30,434 bases of DNA, from positions 10,762-41,195 of the forward strand of contig CAZYIM010000026.1 of the NCBI GenBank assembly GCA_964647565.1, given 5' to 3'. The DNA is from an uncultured Methanosarcinales archaeon. GTDB lineage: Archaea > Nanobdellota > Nanobdellia > Woesearchaeales > CAZYIM01. The number at the start of each line of letters is the position of its first letter. Positions within the stretch are counted from its first letter, which is position 1. Below are positions 20,422-26,830 of the stretch, one piece after another. The translations under genes and the position numbers were made by a program. Below the pieces are notes generated by a model, which was not told the DNA's origin, searched no databases, and saw only the letters and a program-made list of their open reading frames with translations.

Positions 20422-22005
20422 ATGATATTCAAAAAACTAATGCTACTGTTTTGTACAGCCCTTTTAGTCTTGTTAGTACTTCCTGCAAATGTACTTGGAG
20501 CATACTGGGTTCTTGGAACAGTATATAATCATTCAGATGGTACTGATGCAAATAACTACAATATAACTGTTTATATAACAGGCACACCTGCAGATAATAT
20601 AACAGACTATATTGGACCCCGAAGTGCACAAAGCCCTCCTAAGAACGAGTATATGATAGACTGTACTACACTTTCAACAGCCTGTGAAGCTGGTGATAAT
20701 GTGACTGCAGTGATTACCAGCACAGGAGACGCCTATTATACAGATGCGGTTACGATAAATTTGTCAGGAGAGGGAGCTGATGAAATGCCTGACATGACCC
20801 TGAACAGCACCAATTCCGCACCTACAATGCCAGTTCCTACAATCAATTCAAGCGATGGAACCAATCTTACAACCCAGAATTTGAATTGTTACGCCATCAT
20901 AAATGACACTGATAATAACTCTATGAACGTATCAGTCAGGTGGTACCTGGATGGATCCCTGAACTTGACAGTGCACTACAACAATACCTATGCGAATGGA
21001 ACCGGCTTCAACGCCACCCTCGGATCTGGCAACACTTCTAAAAACCAGGCCTGGAACTGTTCGATGAGGCTGTTTGACGGCACAGCATTTAGTGCTTGGG
21101 GAAACTCAACCAATCTGACCATAAATAATTCACCGCCGACAATAAATTCTAATGCTTCTGCTCCGTCTACTGTTACAGAGAATGATAATGTTTTTATCTA
21201 CGCGAATGTGACTGATGTGGATGATGATGCTATTGTCTGGGTTAATTTTACAGTCACAGCACCCAATGGCACTGTTGTACTGAACAGTGAAAATGCTTCA
21301 TCGTACTCAGGAGACGTGTGGAACTCAACTACCTTTTCATCTGGTTGGGTGGGCAATTGGACCTGGAGCCTGGTGGCTTTTGATGGTACAGATACCGCAA
21401 CAACTTCGGGGTTGTTCAATATAAGCGCTTGGCACACAACTTATGGTAATATTAGCGGTAGCCTCGGCCTGGGAACTTCAAATAGTACAACCTTGCTCAC
21501 ATGGGTTGTTACTAATGTTAGCGGCAGTAATGTCTTTGTGGCTGATACTGAAAGCTCAGTAACATTTGATGAACTGAAAGCCCTGAGTAGGACTACAGGC
21601 GATAGTTATGTGGGTGATGATTTTGAAGAGCTGGACGCTGTTCTTGGTTACACAAATTTTTCAGATTCTATAAATCGTACCTATACTGCTGGTGGAAATC
21701 CCAAGATGACTACAACTTTCACTATATATAATGTACCTATAACTAATGTGCCTGTCATTAACAGCACCAACTCCAGCCGTTTTCTTTCAGGCATAATGTG
21801 GGATACGAGCGATGACATAGGTGGTGATGGAGAATATGACTCTTCTGACAATGAAGATGTTGTGTTTGTCACATATGTGAATAACTCTGGTTCTCAGGGT
21901 TTATATGGTATTTATGATTATGAGCTTGTTTTTCCCTCATTTCTAAAGAGATTCAACACTAGCGATGCAATCAGTGTGTACTACTATGTTGGCTTAAATC
22001 CCTAG
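20422..22005 (+). CDS. Secreted multidomain surface glycoprotein (~527 aa)
   Basis: ATG20422 lies 2 nt after the upstream stop. Signal peptide MIFKKLMLLFCTALLVLLVLPANVLG; Ig-like domains shared with neighbouring genes; many sequons; no C-terminal TM helix. Confidence 0.85.
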   Translation: MIFKKLMLLFCTALLVLLVLPANVLGAYWVLGTVYNHSDGTDANNYNITVYITGTPADNITDYIGPRSAQSPPKNEYMIDCTTLSTACEAGDNVTAVITSTGDAYYTDAVTINLSGEGADEMPDMTLNSTNSAPTMPVPTINSSDGTNLTTQNLNCYAIINDTDNNSMNVSVRWYLDGSLNLTVHYNNTYANGTGFNATLGSGNTSKNQAWNCSMRLFDGTAFSAWGNSTNLTINNSPPTINSNASAPSTVTENDNVFIYANVTDVDDDAIVWVNFTVTAPNGTVVLNSENASSYSGDVWNSTTFSSGWVGNWTWSLVAFDGTDTATTSGLFNISAWHTTYGNISGSLGLGTSNSTTLLTWVVTNVSGSNVFVADTESSVTFDELKALSRTTGDSYVGDDFEELDAVLGYTNFSDSINRTYTAGGNPKMTTTFTIYNVPITNVPVINSTNSSRFLSGIMWDTSDDIGGDGEYDSSDNEDVVFVTYVNNSGSQGLYGIYDYELVFPSFLKRFNTSDAISVYYYVGLNP

Positions 22006-22079
22006 TTCTGAATAAATTGTGGGTTTTGACTCTGGTTCTTGATGTATTAGGGGATTTTCTTTGGTTTTCTTTCAGGTTT

Positions 22080-22145
22080 CTACACTTTTATATTTTTATG
22101 TAATAAATATTTTTATATTTTCATAACTAAAATATAAAAGTGTAG
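22080..22145. repeat. Perfect 17-bp inverted repeat with a 32-bp AT-rich spacer
   Basis: CTACACTTTTATATTTT (22080-22096) and AAAATATAAAAGTGTAG (22129-22145). Confidence 0.9.
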
Positions 22146-22173
22146 CTCTTGTTTGGCTGTGCTTAAGAAAAGA

Positions 22174-22181
22174 TTTATAAA
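22174..22181 (+). promoter_or_regulatory. TATA box of tRNA-Arg
   Basis: TTTATAAA preceded by a purine-rich BRE-like AGAAAAGA; starts 33 nt before G1 of the tRNA. Confidence 0.7.
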
Positions 22182-22206
22182 TATTCTTCAGCTCTTCTGA
22201 ACAGAT

Positions 22207-22459
22207 GGACCCGTAGCCTAGTCTGGATACCTGCGAATCCTGATGAGTAGGGATTAGCACGTAGTGCAAATAAGGCGACAGCCTTCTATTTGGACTGGCG
22301 TCCTAATCCTTTTGGACGTTATCCGAAAAGTAAGCTGTAGACCGTGGGTTCGAATCAACTGAAAGCTCGGTTGACACGCTGTGCGGCGTGCGCTCACAAC
22401 GCTCGCTTAGCCCCACGTGTCGATAATGTTTTTCGTTGTCGAAAGTCCCATCGGGTCCG
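22207..22459 (+). tRNA. tRNA-Arg(TCT) with three introns (D-loop ~22230-22272; 37/38 at 22289-22332; 59/60 at 22355-22445)
   Basis: The spliced sequence GGACCCG TA GCCT AGTCTGGATA AGGC G ACAGC CT TCT AA GCTGT AGACC GTGGG TTCGAAT CCCAT CGGGTCC G folds into a complete cloverleaf. The T-loop intron has a BHB-like junction (TTCG/CGAA helix, AA|t and ag|T bulges). The D-loop intron boundary is ambiguous by ~3 nt because ATA is repeated. Confidence 0.88.
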
Positions 22460-22516
22460 TTTATTATTTTAAATACTTCTTAAGTTTTAGGACCATCAAC
22501 AATATCAGAAATATCT

Positions 22517-23953
22517 TCAGCTATCAATGGTTTCTACAGTGCCCTTATCTGCATTGACTCTGACTTTTTGACCAGAATACAATAATCCTAAAAGATTAGG
22601 TATGCCTATTATACAGGGTACTCCAAGTTCCCTGCTTACAATGGCTGCGTGTGATGTTATACCTCCCATGCAGGTCAAGATAGCTGCTGCTTTTCGCATT
22701 ACAGGGAGAAAATCAATGCATGTTGCTTCAGATACCAGGATATCTCCTTCTTTAAATTCCTGCATATCATTGACATCATTGATGATCCGGATAGTCCCTT
22801 CTGCAATACCTGGACAAGCACCCATTCCCTTGATTCTATCTGCATGCTCTTGCGCAGGTTTAACATAATTATCTTCAAACAGACGAGCTGCTTCTGTGCC
22901 AGTTATAACCTCAATATTCTCAGGTGTTGATATGTAGAATGTTGGTTCTAACCTGGGCGGGATTATCTGAGAACAATCCTTGTTATTAAGCAAGACTTCG
23001 CTAACTTCTTTTGGTGTAAGGCAGGCTAATTCTTTTTCAGTTAAACTAGTTCGTTCAAAGATTTCTTTGTAAATGGGTCGTAGAATTTGTGTGCCTAAGG
23101 AAATAACAACTTCCGCTTCATTTCGAATGAAAGCCAGCTCTTGCATCACTTTTGCAAAACCCTTGTCAAGATTGAACTTTCTTTCGATTTCTGAAATCTT
23201 TTTCTTTTGTTTTTCGGGAAAGATCTTAAGGCGGTTTATTTTAGAATTTAGCAGGTCATCTTTAGACAAAGTTTCAATTTCACTTGATATATAACTTGAG
23301 CTCCAGGCTTCGCCGAACAAGAAGACTGGTAGCCAACCATACTCTTTGATATATTTGTTAATTTGCTCTTCAGAAATTTCTTTACCCTGCTGAACTTCCA
23401 GAGCCATACTCATCAGGGACAGTTCTTCATTTTGAGTCAGGGTTATCCTGGTTGGGGCTGTCAAGGTGGTTAGAATGAGGTTGTACCTTTCCTTTTTCTC
23501 AGCCTCTGGCAGTGCCTTGTCCAGATATTCTTCCAGTCTTTTGAGCTGGAATTGCTCGCTGATCATGCAATATTGATCAAAAGGAGTTACTTTCATCATC
23601 ATATCAAGAATATATCTAAATTCTTTTTCTAGTTTTGCATCAGAACAGTCATGATATTCTGCATCATAATATGATAAAAGCTTTTCCATGACATCTTCAA
23701 ATGTTGGGTAAAACGCCTGAAGCTGAGAAATTATCTTTTCAGGCTCAGTTGAATAGATTTGCTCTTTTAAGTCTGCCAGCCATTTTTTATGAAAGAAAAG
23801 ATGTTGTTTGCGATCCTTGATTAAAAAAGCTGCATTCCGTGACGTATTGAACAGCTTCTGCAAGCGGATGTTGACCTCAATATTATACCAAAACAGGCAA
23901 TAAAACATAGGAATATTATTCCATTCTCCAAAAAACTTCCAGTCTTGAGTCAT
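22517..23953 (-). CDS. PEP-utilising enzyme mobile (phosphohistidine) domain protein with a long helical N-terminal region
   Basis: C-terminal KGMGACPG.AEG...GDILV...T...P.M.KAAAI.T..GGITSHAAIVSRELGVPCIIG...VRVNADKG.V. No recognisable ATP-grasp domain or PEP-binding barrel. Confidence 0.85.
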   Translation of the reverse strand: MTQDWKFFGEWNNIPMFYCLFWYNIEVNIRLQKLFNTSRNAAFLIKDRKQHLFFHKKWLADLKEQIYSTEPEKIISQLQAFYPTFEDVMEKLLSYYDAEYHDCSDAKLEKEFRYILDMMMKVTPFDQYCMISEQFQLKRLEEYLDKALPEAEKKERYNLILTTLTAPTRITLTQNEELSLMSMALEVQQGKEISEEQINKYIKEYGWLPVFLFGEAWSSSYISSEIETLSKDDLLNSKINRLKIFPEKQKKKISEIERKFNLDKGFAKVMQELAFIRNEAEVVISLGTQILRPIYKEIFERTSLTEKELACLTPKEVSEVLLNNKDCSQIIPPRLEPTFYISTPENIEVITGTEAARLFEDNYVKPAQEHADRIKGMGACPGIAEGTIRIINDVNDMQEFKEGDILVSEATCIDFLPVMRKAAAILTCMGGITSHAAIVSRELGVPCIIGIPNLLGLLYSGQKVRVNADKGTVETIDS

Positions 23954-24084
23954 AACGTTTGAAAGACTGCTCAGAATATAAAAATCTTTGGGATTTCGAG
24001 TTAATTCTTATAGTCAGCTATAATTTGTTTTTCTAAAGATAGCTTTTTAAGTATATTTAGTTTCCTTAATTTTGGTGGTTGTTA

Positions 24085-24465
24085 ATGGCAGATATATCAG
24101 TTAAAATTAAGTTTGAAGAGCATGAAGGACTTATGCGGCCAGTTGGTCTTAAAGTGCTTACTGATGATCTTGTTTCTTTAGGTCTTCGTAACTGTCCTCG
24201 CGATAAACTGGTGCAGTATACAATAGGCGAGTATGTGGATATGCCTGAGGAATTTATGGCAGATAAGAAAGACAGGGGCGGCTTGTGGCTGGTCAAGAGG
24301 ATGGGCGCTGCAAGAACTCTGAAACGATATATGCATGACCATTATGGTATCCAGACCCGCATTTTCAACTGTGTTGGTGGCCCAAGGCACTTTGATGTCT
24401 CCAACTACCGCTATAAGACAGACAGGATCAAGCTGTTGGATGAAATCATCTATGATTATCCATAA
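24085..24465 (+). CDS. Hypothetical protein (~126 aa)
   Basis: ATG24085 follows an SD-like GGTGG (24074-24078) and TTTTTAAG (~24044-24051). It fills the gap between neighbouring genes; no confident family. Confidence 0.7.
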   Translation: MADISVKIKFEEHEGLMRPVGLKVLTDDLVSLGLRNCPRDKLVQYTIGEYVDMPEEFMADKKDRGGLWLVKRMGAARTLKRYMHDHYGIQTRIFNCVGGPRHFDVSNYRYKTDRIKLLDEIIYDYP

Positions 24466-24479
24466 AATATTCCATAATA

Positions 24480-24487
24480 TTTAAAAA
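24480..24487 (+). promoter_or_regulatory. TATA box of tRNA-Cys
   Basis: TTTAAAAA starting 33 nt before G1, the same spacing as for tRNA-Arg. Confidence 0.65.
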
Positions 24488-24512
24488 GCACCCTCTATTT
24501 CGTTCTCGTGAA

Positions 24513-24664
24513 GCAGGAGTGGCCAAGCGGTCTAAGGCGACCGCCTGCAGTGGCTAGGATTCGCTGTGATGAGCTTCACGCGATGATTTGCTGACAGCGG
24601 TTATTCGGGGGTTCAAATTGATCGATCAAGAAATTGATTGGTCGGGAGAGTCCCTCCTCCTGCT
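24513..24664 (+). tRNA. tRNA-Cys(GCA) with two introns (37/38 at 24551-24595; 59/60 at 24618-24650)
   Basis: Spliced sequence GCAGGAG TG GCC AAGCGGTCTAA GGC G ACCGC CT GCA GA GCGGT TATTC GGGGG TTCAAAT CCCTC CTCCTGC T. The U73 discriminator is typical of Cys. The T-loop intron is an 11-bp hairpin with a GAAA loop. A T-tract follows. Confidence 0.9.
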
Positions 24665-24677
24665 TTTTTCTATTAAA

Positions 24678-25439
24678 ATGGCAAGAGTAATAATCAAGAA
24701 GGAAAGATCTGTTGAGGTTGACGGCAAGAAGAGGAAGATCTCTTCATTTGACAAGCATTATGTTGATTCTGATAAAGATTTTAGCTGCAAATACGGCACT
24801 ATCAAGAAAACTGATCTCAAAAAAGATAAGGTCAAGGTTGCTAACGAGGAGTTTGTGCTCTTTGACGCTCAGTTCATAGATGATTACAAACGGCTCCGGA
24901 GAGATGCCCAGATCATAACATTGAAGGATATTGCTTCAATAATTGCTAATACCTGTATTAATAAGAAGTCGAAAGTAATTGATGCGGGTGCTGGGAGTGG
25001 TGCACTTGCTTGCTTTTTGGCTGCGGTGGCTGATAAGGTTGAGAGCTTTGACATCAACATGGATAGCCTGAAAATTGCTAGGGAAAATGCTAAGCAGCTA
25101 GACCTCGAGAATATTAAGTTTACCCGAGGAGATGTATATAATGCTGTCAGCATCAAGCTAAAGGGCTTTGATGTCTTTACCCTGGATGTGCCTGAGCCAT
25201 GGCGGGCAATAAAAACTGCTGGCAAGGTGCTTAAGGTGGGTGGCTTCTTGGTTTCTTATAGTCCAAATATCAACCAGACACAACAACTAGTGAATGCACT
25301 ACCAGATAATTTCCTGCACGAGAAAACCATCGAGGTTATCGAGAGGGAATGGTCTGTCAAGGACCTGGTGCTTCGGCCAAAGACCAAGGATGTAGGTCAT
25401 ACAGCATTTCTTACGTTTGTAAGGAAGATAGGGAAATAA
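24678..25439 (+). CDS. trmI: tRNA (adenine-57/58-N1)-methyltransferase TrmI
   Basis: AQIITLKD, IDAGAGSGAL (SAM motif I), LDVPEPW, SYSPNINQ, EVIEREW, RP...VGHTAFL. Start placed at ATG24678 because the longer ORF-track start overlaps tRNA-Cys. Confidence 0.9.
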   Translation: MARVIIKKERSVEVDGKKRKISSFDKHYVDSDKDFSCKYGTIKKTDLKKDKVKVANEEFVLFDAQFIDDYKRLRRDAQIITLKDIASIIANTCINKKSKVIDAGAGSGALACFLAAVADKVESFDINMDSLKIARENAKQLDLENIKFTRGDVYNAVSIKLKGFDVFTLDVPEPWRAIKTAGKVLKVGGFLVSYSPNINQTQQLVNALPDNFLHEKTIEVIEREWSVKDLVLRPKTKDVGHTAFLTFVRKIGK

Positions 25440-25483
25440 AGAGTAATCTTTTTAAATCATTTATAGGTTCTAATGATAAAGAC

Positions 25484-25516
25484 ACTATGCCTCCGTAGCA
25501 TAGTAGCTATTGCGGC
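25484..25516 (+). repeat. 33-bp direct repeat of the tRNA-Thr leader and positions 1-28 (5' tRNA fragment)
   Basis: ACTATGCCTCCGTAGCATAGTAGCTATTGCGGC is identical to 25619-25651. Confidence 0.95.
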
Positions 25517-25623
25517 CAAGGGTTTCGTTCCTTGACCCCGAAGTGCGACATTCGGTTGCTTACGCAACCTCAGTCCCACAAGCTCGCTTCGCGCGCTAAT
25601 AACATCAAACAAACCAATACTAT

Positions 25624-25708
25624 GCCTCCGTAGCATAGTAGCTATTGCGGCAGACTTGTATTTCAGCAAGCCATCTGCAGGTCGGGGGTGCAACTCCCCT
25701 CGGAGGCT
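25624..25708 (+). tRNA. tRNA-Thr(TGT) with a 12-nt intron at 37/38 (25661-25672)
   Basis: Spliced sequence GCCTCCG TA GCAT AGTAGCTA TTGC G GCAGA CT TGT AA TCTGC AGGTC GGGGG TGCAACT CCCCT CGGAGGC T. The BHB central helix CTTG/CAAG is perfect, with TA|t and cc|A bulges. A T7 tract follows. Confidence 0.9.
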
Positions 25709-25828
25709 TTTTTTCTATATTTTTTTAAGTTAGTTTTATATATGATACTAGATTTCTAATTTATATATTAAGTATTAATTGAGGTGGGTAATTAGTATAA
25801 TACATTTAATTGATAAACTGGTGTAAAA

Positions 25829-26776
25829 ATGGCAAAAAATTCCCCTCCATTAATAACAAATATGGATGAAATAAAGCAAAGTCTTGAAGATAATCTTGCA
25901 AGCGATCTTGTTCCCGGTAAGATTTTTAAAATCAAACCTTATGTCTTTAAGGGCCGTCCACTGCGTTCATATTCAGAATTAATTTCGCCTGTAAATTCTT
26001 ATTTTTGTAAAAAGATAATAACTGTTCAAAAGTTAAATTGGACAAAGGACGATATTTGGGGTGCTGGAACAGCATCTTGGATCATAACAAATGAAGATTC
26101 TGTTGATTTTGATACGGTCCAGAAGCTATGGATAAATAATCACCTAATCCAGAAGTTTTATTCTGCTGAAGAAAAGGATCTTCCTGATATAGTCTATCTA
26201 TTGAATAAAAAACCTTTAAGATTAGATATCTCTACTACAGAAAATATTGAGTATTTGATGGAATCTGGCAGGGATCAACTTCGGGGCAATCAATTATATA
26301 ATGGTCTTTTAGATATAATGGTTGCTAGAAATATCATGCAAAACCATATTGATGGCAAAATGGATTTTAATTCGGCTGTTAATCATCTGCTGAAAATGGA
26401 TATCGGTGTACAGCTTGACGGTTTGAGTTATTTATATAAGAACTGTGGAGTTGAATTTGAACATTTTGAGCAGGTTTTGGAGTATGGTCAAAAATGGGAA
26501 GATGCGGGATTGCCTCAACTCAGAGATGCATTTAAAGTTTGTGTTGGAGAGATTGAACCTGAAGAAAAAAAGATGTGGTTAGAGTTCTCAAGCAATCTTT
26601 TACCTGATATCAAGTTTGTAAAGACTTTTAAAACAGATTTTATGCTAAAATATGGTGTTAAATATGTGGATCAATATGTGGATTGGTTGGTATATACAGA
26701 ATCAGGGCAAGGTTCCGTTAAACACTTTATAGAGCCTTCAGATATAGATTTATTGAATGTGTATTCTAAACCTTGA
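25829..26776 (+). CDS. Hypothetical protein (315 aa), AT-rich
   Basis: Long ORF with ATG preceded by GGTG; no motif recognised. Confidence 0.75.
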   Translation: MAKNSPPLITNMDEIKQSLEDNLASDLVPGKIFKIKPYVFKGRPLRSYSELISPVNSYFCKKIITVQKLNWTKDDIWGAGTASWIITNEDSVDFDTVQKLWINNHLIQKFYSAEEKDLPDIVYLLNKKPLRLDISTTENIEYLMESGRDQLRGNQLYNGLLDIMVARNIMQNHIDGKMDFNSAVNHLLKMDIGVQLDGLSYLYKNCGVEFEHFEQVLEYGQKWEDAGLPQLRDAFKVCVGEIEPEEKKMWLEFSSNLLPDIKFVKTFKTDFMLKYGVKYVDQYVDWLVYTESGQGSVKHFIEPSDIDLLNVYSKP

Positions 26777-26830
26777 AATATCTAAACTATTTCAATAACT
26801 ATTTAAATCATTACTATCAGGTTTCTCTTT

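Noticed and set aside
22240..22247. CTGATGAG in tRNA-Arg intron 1 as a hammerhead ribozyme core
   Set aside because: No stem II followed by GAAA at a usable distance; the motif sits in a simple hairpin loop.
24085..24465. Phage-like or ADP-ribosyltransferase-like fold for the 126-aa protein
   Set aside because: Only a vague pattern resemblance; it cannot be supported without a profile or structure search.
24566..24594. GTGATGA...CTGA in the tRNA-Cys anticodon intron as an intron-encoded C/D box guide RNA
   Set aside because: GTGA is paired in a hairpin, CTGA overlaps the splice helix, and there is no D'/C' pair or identifiable guide. TGATGAG also occurs in Arg intron 1, but a 7-mer is too weak to call.
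24588..24677. N-terminal extension of TrmI in the ORF track, and the 78-aa minus-strand ORF at 25457-25693
   Set aside because: Both overlap tRNA genes and are artefacts.
25489..25600. A second complete tRNA-Thr(CGT), suggested by TTCGT in the first hairpin of the insert
   Set aside because: There is no 7-nt anticodon loop in register, no T-arm and no acceptor 3' strand before the downstream gene.
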